Shown piece after piece: positions 10,497 through 19,638 of a stretch of DNA of 64,000 bases. How positions within the stretch are numbered: the stretch's first letter is position 1; every line of letters begins with the position of its first letter. The notes below the pieces were generated by a model that made no database searches, was not told where the DNA came from, and saw only the letters and a program-made list of their open reading frames with translations. This DNA comes from an uncultured Chitinophagales bacterium (lineage in GTDB: Bacteria > Bacteroidota > Bacteroidia > Chitinophagales > CAZNGA01), in contig CAZNGA010000001.1 of assembly GCA_964572485.1 (NCBI GenBank), positions 30,565-94,564 of the forward strand, given 5' to 3'. The translations under genes and the position numbers were made by a program.

Positions 10497-12158
10497 ATGT
10501 TGAAGAAATTTAAAAATAGGGTACTTATCCTTATCGTTTTCATCTCCAGTATTGGCAGTGTGGCATTCATTGAAGATTACTTTGAAGTCTCCAAGAATCT
10601 CGACGTTTTTGCTACAATGTTCAAGGAACTAGATAGCTATTATGTGGATGATATTGACCACTCAAAACTTATCGAAAAAGGAATAAAAGCCATCTTAAAA
10701 TCACTTGACCCTTATACCAATTTTATTTCTGAAGCTGAAATGGAAGACTATAGGTTCCAAACAACTGGTAAATACGGTGGAATTGGGGCCCTTATTAAAT
10801 ATAAAGATGATTTTGTAGTGATCTCCGAGCCCTATGAAGGTGATCCTGCTTTTAAAGCCGGATTACGTGCTGGAGATATCATTATCGAGGTGGACGGAAA
10901 ACCGGCTCACCTTAAAAAAACTACCGAAATAAGTAAAGCACTAAAAGGTTCTCCGGGAACAGAAGTAAATGTTTTGGTGAAACGACCTGGCGTTGAAAAT
11001 GAAATTCTTATCACAATTGTACGTGAAGAGATAAAAATAAAAAGCGTTCCCTATTATGGTTTTATCAATGATGACTACGGATATATAAAATTTATCAGCT
11101 TCAAGGAAAATGCAGGAAAAGAAGTAAGGATTGCTTTAGAGGATCTCAAAAAGAGAAACGAAAACATGAAAGGCATTATCCTTGATCTGAGAGGTAATGG
11201 AGGCGGTTTGCTACACGAGGCAGTTAATGCTTCCAATGTGTTTGTTGAAAAGGGAATGAAAGTTGTAAGCACAAAAGGAAAGATCACCGATTGGGATAAG
11301 ACATATAAAACCCTTAATGCGGCAGTTGATAAGGATATTCACTTAGTTATTTTGGTGGATAGATCTTCTGCATCGGCTTCTGAAATCGTGGCAGGAGCAA
11401 TTCAGGATTATGACCGTGGGATCATCATTGGCCAAAGAACTTTTGGCAAGGGGCTTGTACAAACAACCAGGCCTCTTAGTTATAATAACCAACTGAAGAT
11501 AACAACAGCAAAATATTATATTCCTAGTGGCAGATGTATTCAGGCGGTCGATTATTTTAATCATTCTGCCAAAGATGGAGATCGCACTATTCCGGATTCA
11601 TTAAGAAATGAATTTAAGACTCAGGGTGGTAGATTGGTGTATGACGGTGGAGGTATCACACCTGATATCAAGATCGAACCCAAAAAGCTGAGCAATATTA
11701 CTATTAGTCTTCTATATAAGAAGCAGCTGATATTTGATTTTGCAACTATTTACCGTACAAAACATGAAAACATCGTTGCCTTTAAGGAATTTAAACTTAC
11801 AGATGCAGATTATGATGATTTTATTGAGTTCTTATCTGACAAGTCATATGATTATTCTACAAAAAGTGAAGAGCTGCTTGAAGAGTTAAAAAAGATAACT
11901 GAGAAGGAAAATTATTTTGAAGCTATAAAAGCAGATTATTCTTCAATGCAAGCTAAAATGCAGCATGATAAGGATAAGGACCTTATCAAATATAAAGAAG
12001 AGATTCTCAATCTTCTGGAAGAAGAGATCGTAAGCCGCTTCTATTATCAAAAAGGCAGGATCGAAGCTTCATTTGAGCACGACATGGTAATTTCGAAAGC
12101 AATAGAATTATTGCAAAACAGCGATAAGTACGCTTTAGTCTTGAACAATACCAAATAA
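10497..12158 (+). CDS. S41-family C-terminal processing peptidase with PDZ domain
   Basis: Signal or anchor N-terminus, PDZ (AGLRAGDIIIEVDG), and catalytic region LDLRGNGGG, SASASEIVAGAIQD and TFGKGLVQ. Confidence 0.9.
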   Translation: MLKKFKNRVLILIVFISSIGSVAFIEDYFEVSKNLDVFATMFKELDSYYVDDIDHSKLIEKGIKAILKSLDPYTNFISEAEMEDYRFQTTGKYGGIGALIKYKDDFVVISEPYEGDPAFKAGLRAGDIIIEVDGKPAHLKKTTEISKALKGSPGTEVNVLVKRPGVENEILITIVREEIKIKSVPYYGFINDDYGYIKFISFKENAGKEVRIALEDLKKRNENMKGIILDLRGNGGGLLHEAVNASNVFVEKGMKVVSTKGKITDWDKTYKTLNAAVDKDIHLVILVDRSSASASEIVAGAIQDYDRGIIIGQRTFGKGLVQTTRPLSYNNQLKITTAKYYIPSGRCIQAVDYFNHSAKDGDRTIPDSLRNEFKTQGGRLVYDGGGITPDIKIEPKKLSNITISLLYKKQLIFDFATIYRTKHENIVAFKEFKLTDADYDDFIEFLSDKSYDYSTKSEELLEELKKITEKENYFEAIKADYSSMQAKMQHDKDKDLIKYKEEILNLLEEEIVSRFYYQKGRIEASFEHDMVISKAIELLQNSDKYALVLNNTK

Positions 12159-12216
12159 TATCTTTTCTTTGTTATTGTAAAACACAACATTCATTTCACA
12201 ACTTACAACAACAAAG

Positions 12217-13917
12217 ATGAGATATTTTAATACCCCTATTTTATTTCTGGCTCTTCTATTTTTATGTCTAAAGTTTGCCAATGGGCAAGAGAAGTCAGAA
12301 TTAATCCCAAATCTTAAATTACACATTGAGTACCTGGCTTCAGATAAGTTAGAAGGTAGGGCAACAGGTTCAGAGGGAGAACGGTTGGCTGCCCAATATA
12401 TCTCTGCCCAATTCGAGAAAATTGGATTAGATCCGTATGGTGGAGACGAAATGTACCTGCAGAGATTTGAATATACTGCCGGGAAAAAACTTGGTCCCAA
12501 CAATCATTTAACCATTAATTCCAGAACCTTCCTTCGCGGCCCTGATTCTTTGTTTGAGAACACCTTTTTTCCATTATCCTATTCGGGAAATGGCACCGTT
12601 CAAGGTGAAGTTGTCAATGTTGGTTTTGGGGTTTCCGCACCTAAACTTAACCACGACGATTATAAGGGTCTTAAAGATCTTGAGGGCAAAATATTTTTAA
12701 TAGAGCTCTCAGGACCGGAGGGTAATAACCCTCATTCTGATTTCGCAATGTTTAACGACATCAATAGCAAGATCCTTTTGGCTCTAGAAAAAGGTGCCAA
12801 AGGAATTTTATTTATAAATACAGAAGAGGGTGTTGATGATCCTAACGGGAACCTTGACAAAAATATCTCTGCTTCCTCCGTTCCAATAATTTTCATGAAG
12901 AGCAAGGATATCGATCAAATCAAGAAATCCGGAAATTTGAAAGCGACGATGTCTACTGAGCTAATAAAGATCAAGAATATCGGCACTAATGTGATCGGAT
13001 TCCTTGACAATAAAGCTGCTACCACCATCATTTTTGGTGCACATTACGATCACCTTGGTTATGGCACCAGCAGCTCATTATATCGAGGTGATTCTGCGGT
13101 GCATAATGGTGCCGACGATAATGCAAGTGGGGTGGCCGCGATCATAGAAATAGCAAATCACTATAACAGATCTAAGAATATGCACAACAACTTCTTATTT
13201 ATTGCTTTCTCAGGAGAAGAACTTGGTTTGTATGGATCAAATTATTATGCTAAAAATCCAACTGTTGACCTGGCCAATATCAATTTAATGGTCAACCTTG
13301 ATATGGTAGGCCGGCTAGATACCTCCAAGAACACACTTGGGATCAACGGAGTGGGGACTTCTCCCCATTTTAAGGATATCCTTTCAAGCATTCAAATTGA
13401 TAGCCTTAAAATTAAAACCAGCGAATCAGGAATTGGGCCTTCAGACCAAACGTCATTCTATTTGCAAGACATTCCTGTACTCCATTTTTTCTCCGGTATT
13501 CATTCAGATTATCATAAGCCATCGGACGATTATGACAAGATCAACTACGAGGGTGAAGAAACAATAATAGAGTTCATTCTAATTGCCATTGACAGTTTAG
13601 ATAAATTGGGTCGGTTAGAATTCATAAAAACTAAAGATCAGGAAGGTGGAAAAGCCCCTAAATTTACAGTTGCCCTGGGCGTAATTCCGGATTATCTTTT
13701 TGATGGAGAGGGAATGCGCATTGATGGTGTTTCTGAAGGCAAGCCAGCCTCAAAAGCAGGCCTGCTAAAGGGAGATGTTGTGCTTGGGCTGGGGCAATTC
13801 ATTGTAAAGGATATGATGTCTTATATGGTAGCGCTAAGTAAATTTAAAAAGGGAGATAGTACCATTGTAACTGTATATAGAAATAAAGAAGTGGTTACCT
13901 TCGATTTAACCTTTTAA
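12217..13917 (+). CDS. M28-family aminopeptidase with PA domain and C-terminal PDZ domain
   Basis: Signal peptide. Metal-ligand motifs HYDHLG, GADDNASGVAAIIE and FSGEELGLYGS. PDZ-like C-terminus GKPASKAGLLKGDVVLGLG. Confidence 0.85.
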   Translation: MRYFNTPILFLALLFLCLKFANGQEKSELIPNLKLHIEYLASDKLEGRATGSEGERLAAQYISAQFEKIGLDPYGGDEMYLQRFEYTAGKKLGPNNHLTINSRTFLRGPDSLFENTFFPLSYSGNGTVQGEVVNVGFGVSAPKLNHDDYKGLKDLEGKIFLIELSGPEGNNPHSDFAMFNDINSKILLALEKGAKGILFINTEEGVDDPNGNLDKNISASSVPIIFMKSKDIDQIKKSGNLKATMSTELIKIKNIGTNVIGFLDNKAATTIIFGAHYDHLGYGTSSSLYRGDSAVHNGADDNASGVAAIIEIANHYNRSKNMHNNFLFIAFSGEELGLYGSNYYAKNPTVDLANINLMVNLDMVGRLDTSKNTLGINGVGTSPHFKDILSSIQIDSLKIKTSESGIGPSDQTSFYLQDIPVLHFFSGIHSDYHKPSDDYDKINYEGEETIIEFILIAIDSLDKLGRLEFIKTKDQEGGKAPKFTVALGVIPDYLFDGEGMRIDGVSEGKPASKAGLLKGDVVLGLGQFIVKDMMSYMVALSKFKKGDSTIVTVYRNKEVVTFDLTF

Positions 13918-13931
13918 TATTCTGATGTATC

Positions 13932-14606
13932 ATGGGGCTTATCCTTGCCATTGAAACAACCGCTAATGTTTGTTCGGTAGCTCTCTTTAAGGGTGTTGAT
14001 CTTGTCTCGATCAAAGAAAGTACTAAACAATGGTCTCATTCTTCCCTTATCACACCCTTTGTTGAAGAGGTGGTACGTTCTGCCAATAAAAAACTTGAGG
14101 ATATTGATGCAATATCGGTCAGTAAGGGCCCCGGATCTTATACGGGCTTACGCATTGGCATCTCTGCAGCTAAAGGCCTTTGCTTGGCTCTTTCCATTCC
14201 ACTCATCGGAATAAATACACTGGAATCTATGGTTCATGGATTTACATCCGAAAATGGTAAGAACCCTTCTCTCTATTGTCCGCTAATAGATGCAAGAAGA
14301 ATGGAGGTATTTACTGCCGTATATGACAACCAATTAAATTGCTTTCTAGAGCCCTCATCAATGATCATTACCTCTGATTCTTTCAGCGATATCCTTTCAA
14401 AAAATAAAATTATTTTTTTTGGAAGTGGATCAACCAAAACAGCTTCCGCCATTCAACATAGTAACGCCCTTTTCGCTCATAATTTTTCCTTCTCTGCTTC
14501 ATATATGGGTACCCTCTCTCACCATTATTATGAAAATGGGGCCTTTGAAAACACAGCCTATTTTAAGCCTCTTTATATTAAGGATTTCTACACCCCTACC
14601 AGCTGA
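13932..14606 (+). CDS. tsaB: tRNA t6A37 biosynthesis protein TsaB (YeaZ)
   Basis: ILAIETTANVCSVAL N-terminus and GPGSYTGLRIGISAAKGL, the ASKHA-fold Kae1 paralogue pattern. Confidence 0.85.
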   Translation: MGLILAIETTANVCSVALFKGVDLVSIKESTKQWSHSSLITPFVEEVVRSANKKLEDIDAISVSKGPGSYTGLRIGISAAKGLCLALSIPLIGINTLESMVHGFTSENGKNPSLYCPLIDARRMEVFTAVYDNQLNCFLEPSSMIITSDSFSDILSKNKIIFFGSGSTKTASAIQHSNALFAHNFSFSASYMGTLSHHYYENGAFENTAYFKPLYIKDFYTPTS

Positions 14607-14777
14607 TCATCATCACAATAGATTACTAATCATTTTGATATTTTTTTCTCAAACTGATAATAATATTTACTTATACGCGATCACAAGCTACTATTTATGG
14701 GTAGTTTAAGTTTGGCACAGTTTTTGTTAATTGTGTATTTTATATAATTTTTTTTTAATAAAACTAACCACCAAATT

Positions 14778-15125
14778 ATGAAGACACTTACTATGAAAGA
14801 TTTTATCATTCTTTCCAATAATAATAACAGGAAGGATAAGATCAAACTTGATTACACCATTTTGAGAAAAGCAGTAATGGTTTTACGTGCTGTTAATCAT
14901 AAGTTACGTCAAACAATATTACAATTACTGGAAGAGAAAAAAAGGCTCACTGTAACTGAAATCTATGTAAAGTTGCGTTTAGAACAATCTGTAGCTTCTC
15001 AGCACTTAGCTATTCTACGTAGAGTAGGTGTTGTTAAAACAGAGAGAGAAGGAAAATTTATTTTTTATTCCGTTAATTACGATAGAGTAGTAGAAGTATC
15101 ACGTCTTATTGAGGAACTGGCATAA
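14778..15125 (+). CDS. ArsR/SmtB-like winged-helix regulator, cysteine-free (paralogue 1)
   Basis: MVLRAVNHKLRQTILQLL...VTEIYVKLRLEQSVASQHLAILRRVGVV..EREGKFIFYSVNY is the HTH_20/ArsR pattern. It has no Cys or His metal site, and an intrinsic terminator follows it. Confidence 0.7.
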   Translation: MKTLTMKDFIILSNNNNRKDKIKLDYTILRKAVMVLRAVNHKLRQTILQLLEEKKRLTVTEIYVKLRLEQSVASQHLAILRRVGVVKTEREGKFIFYSVNYDRVVEVSRLIEELA

Positions 15126-15146
15126 TAACCTCTTTTTGCTTACATG

Positions 15147-15178
15147 CCCCGGTAATAATTATTGCCGGGGTTTTTTTT
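15147..15178 (+). terminator. Rho-independent terminator after the first ArsR-like gene
   Basis: CCCCGGtAATaattATTgCCGGGG stem-loop followed by a T8 run. Confidence 0.75.
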
Positions 15179-15236
15179 ATGGCAATTTTCTTCTATATTT
15201 GTTTCTTCTTTTTTTGTCACTCTTATTTTATAAGTT

Positions 15237-15539
15237 ATGGACGAAATAAAAATAGATTACCAGGAGCTCAAAATTGCCGCCAATGTTCTGAGATCATTAG
15301 CACACCCTTTACGTATGAAGATCATAAAATTTATCGACAAAAATGGCTCCATCAATGTTAATAAGATCTACAAGGTTCTCAAACTCGAACAGTCAATTAC
15401 CTCTCAGCATCTGCGTATTTTGCGCAACAGTCGCATTGTCGTTTCTAAAAAGAAAGGGAAATTTGTTTTCTACTCTTTAAACTATAAACGAATTGCGGAC
15501 CTCAACAAATCGATAAAAACTTTTTTAGGGGTTTCGTAA
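15237..15539 (+). CDS. ArsR/SmtB-like winged-helix regulator, cysteine-free (paralogue 2)
   Basis: NVLRSLAHPLRMKIIKFI...VNKIYKVLKLEQSITSQHLRILRNSRIVVSKKKGKFVFYSLNY aligns colinearly with the upstream paralogue. Confidence 0.7.
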   Translation: MDEIKIDYQELKIAANVLRSLAHPLRMKIIKFIDKNGSINVNKIYKVLKLEQSITSQHLRILRNSRIVVSKKKGKFVFYSLNYKRIADLNKSIKTFLGVS

Positions 15540-15960
15540 CATCTTCTTTCTCTTCTTAAATTCTTCTCTTAATATAAGTAATTATTCTTTATATTATTAT
15601 TACTATTAAGGGTGTTGAATTGTATATAAGATTTTTGTAAAAAGTTTGTTCGATAAGTTATCCATGTTTAAACCCTATTATCAACTTTCAAATACTGTGT
15701 AATTATTTGATGTTTAAATAGTTATATGGTTTTACACATTCTTTGGATTAAGATCAATGATGAAAACTTTTTGAAATACTTGGAAAAATTTCGTTGAAAT
15801 ACTCAAAAATTGTATGGAAAACTTGCTGGATTATTTTATAAATCCCCCGTTATCAACAGTGGTAAAAAATAAGCAAGAATTTGCACCTTAAATAAACATT
15901 AATAAAGAACGGCTGTTAATAAAACGGCATTTATATAATCAGTGAAAGGTCTGCCAACAA

Positions 15961-16539
15961 CTATTTACTGAGATACAGGCCATTGCTCGAAATATATTCA
16001 TTAACATGGTTGTGGATAAGATCAGCGACAGAAATACCCTCTCTGATCATGGTCCTTATTTCCGAAGAGGAGATGTCTATGAGCAGGGATTTATGTATAT
16101 CGATGTTTTCATGTTTGCTAAAACCTGAATCCAAATACCTAGGGCGTAAATAAGTGTGTATTTTATGGTGGTCAAGAATAATTTGGTGATCCTTCCAATT
16201 ATCGAAGTTCTTTAAATTGTCGGAGCCCATAATAATTGCCAGATCATCATTTGGGTATTTTTCTTTAAGATGGGCCAACGAATCAATAGTATAATTAGGG
16301 CGAGGTAGGTGGAGTTCAATATCTGATGCTTCTAAGCCATCTAAATTACTGATGGCTAACTTCACCATTTGCAACCTGGTTCCAGCCTCTATGATCTTAT
16401 CGTTTGCTTTAAAGGGGTTCTGTGGCGAGACAACAAAGAGTACCTTTTGAATATCGGTATTCTTTAACATAAAGAGGGCGATAGACACATGTCCATTGTG
16501 AATGGGATTGAAGGTACCAAATAACAATCCGAGCTTCAT
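15961..16539 (-). CDS. nadD: Nicotinate-nucleotide adenylyltransferase
   Basis: GLLFGTFNPIHNGHVSIA ((H/T)xGH nucleotidyltransferase motif) and ISSSEIR near the C-terminus. ATGA overlap with the upstream TetR gene. Confidence 0.9.
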   Translation of the reverse strand: MKLGLLFGTFNPIHNGHVSIALFMLKNTDIQKVLFVVSPQNPFKANDKIIEAGTRLQMVKLAISNLDGLEASDIELHLPRPNYTIDSLAHLKEKYPNDDLAIIMGSDNLKNFDNWKDHQIILDHHKIHTYLRPRYLDSGFSKHENIDIHKSLLIDISSSEIRTMIREGISVADLIHNHVNEYISSNGLYLSK

Positions 16540-17117
16540 GGCTTGAGTCCATTAATGATCAAATGGCTAAGGCTTTCACCAATATCTTTAGGAGCAATTT
16601 TTTCTGTGGATTTAAACCAATGATATATCCAATTGAGAGAGGAGAAAAGTGTTAATATGGTAAGCTTGATATCCAATTCTTTATAGGTACCCCGTTCAAC
16701 CCCCGCAATAAGCATTTCTCTAAATATTTGTTCATACTTTTTTCTTAGGACCTTATATTTAGCAAGATCCAAATCGTTTAAATAGCGCCAGTCATTTATA
16801 AAAACAGCAAAACCATCAGGATTATTCTTGATCACCTCAACATGAGCGATGATGGCCTTTTTAAGTTTTGTATCCGGAGCGAGAGCAGACTCGTTGATGG
16901 GCAAGACCGAATTAAAAAGACGATCGGATACGTCAAAGCAAATATTGGCCAGGATCTCCTTTTTGGAGCTTATATGATTATAAAGACTCGCCGGCTCCAC
17001 ACCAATTATTGTGGCCAAATCTCGCATTGAGGTGGCAGAAAATCCTTTTTTTCTAAACAAGGTTTGCGCCGTCTTTATTATTTGTGCTTTGCGCTGTAAT
17101 GAAGCAGATGAATCCAT
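16536..17117 (-). CDS. TetR/AcrR-family transcriptional regulator
   Basis: N-terminal HTH: AQTLFRKKGFSATSMRDLATIIGVEPASLYNHISSKKEIL. Confidence 0.85.
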   Translation of the reverse strand: MDSSASLQRKAQIIKTAQTLFRKKGFSATSMRDLATIIGVEPASLYNHISSKKEILANICFDVSDRLFNSVLPINESALAPDTKLKKAIIAHVEVIKNNPDGFAVFINDWRYLNDLDLAKYKVLRKKYEQIFREMLIAGVERGTYKELDIKLTILTLFSSLNWIYHWFKSTEKIAPKDIGESLSHLIINGLKP

Positions 17118-17181
17118 TATTATGAATAATTATCACTAGAAACAATACAATTGTAAAAGTAATATTATTGTTTGGAAAACA

Positions 17182-18735
17182 CTAGGGGAGGACTATTTCA
17201 TCATCATTTTTGTCAAAGAATCGATACTCTGTGAGATGATATGATGAGTTAGTGAAAATATTGACCTTAGAATAATATTTGATAAGCCACCTAACCTGTT
17301 TTGAAAAGAGGCCACTGGTTAAATAAGCTTTAATAAATGGGTGTACATAAAGTTTGATCTTCGGTTTACCCAACTCATTGATCAAATAGGCGATCTTCTT
17401 TTCGATCTCATCAATGATCAATATACTGGCACCGATCTTTCCGGTTCCACTGCAGGTCGGACAAACTTCACTCGTAGACTTATTGATCTGCTCCCTAACC
17501 CTTTGTCGGGTAATTTGCATCAGGCTAAATTTGCTTAAAGGAAGGATGGTGTGCTTGGCACGATCATTTTTCATGACTTCCTTCATCTTATTAAAAATTG
17601 CCTTTTTCTTAGCAGGATTTCTGATATCAATGAAGTCAATAATGATAATACCACCGATATCGCGCAATCTCAGTTGTCGTGCAATTTCTATTGCCGCTTC
17701 AATATTTACTGCATACGCCCCTGATTCCTGGTCATCAGAAGAACCAAATTTTTGCCCACTATTGATATCTATTACATGAAGTGCCTCAGTATGTTCTATA
17801 ACAAGATACCCACCCTTTTGTAGGTTTACCGTTTTTCCAAAAGAGGCCTTAATTTGTTTAGTGATATCAAATTCATCAAATATGGGCTTGTTGGAGGAGT
17901 AATGACTAACGATCTTCTCCTTTCCAGGAGCAATTTTGGTAATAAATGATTTTGTTTCAGTAAAGATCTCCTTATTGTTTATTATGATCTTATTAAATGA
18001 ATCATTTAAAAGATCACGAAGAATTGTAGTGGTCCTGTCGGCTTCACTAAAGATCTTTCTAGGTTTGTTGTTGCCCTTCAGTTGATTGATAATATTCTTC
18101 CAAATATCAACTTGCTGGGTCAACTCAGTGTGTAAGACGGAGGCAGTTTTCCCTTCAGCTGCAGTTCTAATTATAACCGCTTCGTTATTCGGCATGATGC
18201 TCTTTACCAGACGTTCTAACCGCTTTCTTTCTTGAAGAGATGTGATCTTTCTTGAAATAGCGATAGAATTACTAAATGGAGTTAGGACCACATTTCTGCC
18301 AGCCAGTGCAAGCTCGCAACCTATACGAGGCCCTTTTGTTGAAATGGGCTCTTTTAGGATCTGTACAAGTACCGTTTCTTTCTTTCGAAATACTTCACTT
18401 ACGTTTCCCGTCTTTACGATCTTAGGTTCAGGCTTAAGGCCAGATATGAGTTGATCAGGATTATGCCCATTGATGGCATTACGTGTCAACTTTATAAGCG
18501 TCTTAATGCTTGGACCAAGATCGGTATAATGCAAAAAGGCGTCCTTCTTGTACCCGATGTCAACAAAAGCAGCATTAAGACCAGGAACAATTTTCTTGGT
18601 TTGACCAAGAAAAATATCACCAACGGAAAATTCAGTATTTGAGTTTTCCTGGTGAAGTTCAACAAGTTTTTTATCTTCAACGAGTGCAATTTCAACTGAT
18701 TTGCCAGTTGAATTAACAATTAATTCCTTATTCAA
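17182..18735 (-). CDS. rng: Ribonuclease E/G family (RNase G-like)
   Basis: S1 domain VGDIFLGQTKKIVPGLNAAFVDIG, DNase-I-like region IEHTEALHVIDINSG, and Zn-link CPTCSGTG. At 517 aa it lacks an RNase E scaffold tail. Confidence 0.9.
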   Translation of the reverse strand: MNKELIVNSTGKSVEIALVEDKKLVELHQENSNTEFSVGDIFLGQTKKIVPGLNAAFVDIGYKKDAFLHYTDLGPSIKTLIKLTRNAINGHNPDQLISGLKPEPKIVKTGNVSEVFRKKETVLVQILKEPISTKGPRIGCELALAGRNVVLTPFSNSIAISRKITSLQERKRLERLVKSIMPNNEAVIIRTAAEGKTASVLHTELTQQVDIWKNIINQLKGNNKPRKIFSEADRTTTILRDLLNDSFNKIIINNKEIFTETKSFITKIAPGKEKIVSHYSSNKPIFDEFDITKQIKASFGKTVNLQKGGYLVIEHTEALHVIDINSGQKFGSSDDQESGAYAVNIEAAIEIARQLRLRDIGGIIIIDFIDIRNPAKKKAIFNKMKEVMKNDRAKHTILPLSKFSLMQITRQRVREQINKSTSEVCPTCSGTGKIGASILIIDEIEKKIAYLINELGKPKIKLYVHPFIKAYLTSGLFSKQVRWLIKYYSKVNIFTNSSYHLTEYRFFDKNDDEIVLP

Positions 18736-18838
18736 AGTGTATAGTTTTTTCCTGAAAGGAAATTAACCTATAGAATAGATTTGGGACCATAGGTTGTATA
18801 GAAAACTAACGATTAATAGATAGAAAATGTTTGAATAA

Positions 18839-18934
18839 CTATTTGACTCTCTTCTTATGTCTATTTTTTCTTAAACGTTTCTTTCGTTTATGCGTTGCTA
18901 TCTTGTGTCTTTTTCTCTTTTTCCCACAGGGCAT
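18839..18934 (-). CDS. 31-aa hyper-basic micro-protein, bS22-like (AURKAIP1/COX24-like) putative ribosomal protein
   Basis: Hand-translated: MPCGKKRKRHKIATHKRKKRLRKNRHKKRVK. The KKRKRHK..HKRKKRLR pattern resembles the actinobacterial bS22 sequence as I recall it. It is absent from the ORF track because of its size, and it lies upstream of rng on the same strand. Confidence 0.6.
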   Translation of the reverse strand: MPCGKKRKRHKIATHKRKKRLRKNRHKKRVK

Positions 18935-19219
18935 GTTTAACTTTTTTATATTTTAACATCGTTACAGTCCTTAGTGTTATTTAAACTAATATTGACGCAA
19001 CAATTTTATCTATTTTCTGTTTTCTTTTCCTATATTAATAATAGGTGCTTAATTTTTCAGCATACAAAGATACAACTTTTTCTAATCGTTTGAAAGATTC
19101 TTATAATTGCTTTGATCGAGTGCTTTTAACGAATTCCTATGGAAATCTGATTTCAGACCTAAAATTCATAGAAATGTTATAAAATGAGAGATTGATTAGA
19201 AATGCAACTTAAACAAATT

Positions 19220-19513
19220 CTAGAGTTTTAAGCTCTTACTATTCTTGATCAGATCAACAAAAACTTTTGCTGGCTTAAATGCAGGGATATGATGTTCGGG
19301 AATTTCGATAGAAATATTCTTCTTTATATTTCTGCCGATCTTCTTTGCCCGCTTTTTAATAATAAAACTACCAAAACCTCTGATATAAACATTATCTCCC
19401 TTTTTCATTGAATCTTTAATTTCTCTGAAGAGCGATTCAAGAGTAACCAAAACATCAACCTTGGCAATACCCGTTTTTTCTGAGATATTTTGGATAAGAT
19501 CTGCTTTTCTCAT
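19220..19513 (-). CDS. HU/IHF-family DNA-binding protein
   Basis: 97 aa with DLIQNISEKTGIAKVDV and IRGFGSFIIKKRAKKIGRNIKKNISIEIPEHHIPAFKPAK, the HU/IHF beta-arm. Divergent from mutY. Confidence 0.85.
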   Translation of the reverse strand: MRKADLIQNISEKTGIAKVDVLVTLESLFREIKDSMKKGDNVYIRGFGSFIIKKRAKKIGRNIKKNISIEIPEHHIPAFKPAKVFVDLIKNSKSLKL

Positions 19514-19638
19514 TTGAATGTATATTTTATTGAAAGTAAAAATTAATGATAGTTAGAGAATTACATCAGCAGCAAAAATATATATATTATGTTAAAGAGG
19601 CAAATTAACAATTACAATTTTGATATCTTTAAATTCTA

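Noticed and set aside
12135-12503. 122-aa minus-strand ORF overlapping the start of the M28 peptidase gene
   Set aside because: It is antisense to a well-supported CDS and carries no motif. The same reasoning applies to the other long antisense track ORFs, including 1720-2037, 24197-24625, 31108-31786, 40121-40507, 50077-50673, 59503-59958 and 61495-61926.
14419-14709. 96-aa + strand ORF running off the end of tsaB
   Set aside because: It is an alternative frame of tsaB with a proline/leucine-rich nonsense-like translation. tsaB ends cleanly at 14606.
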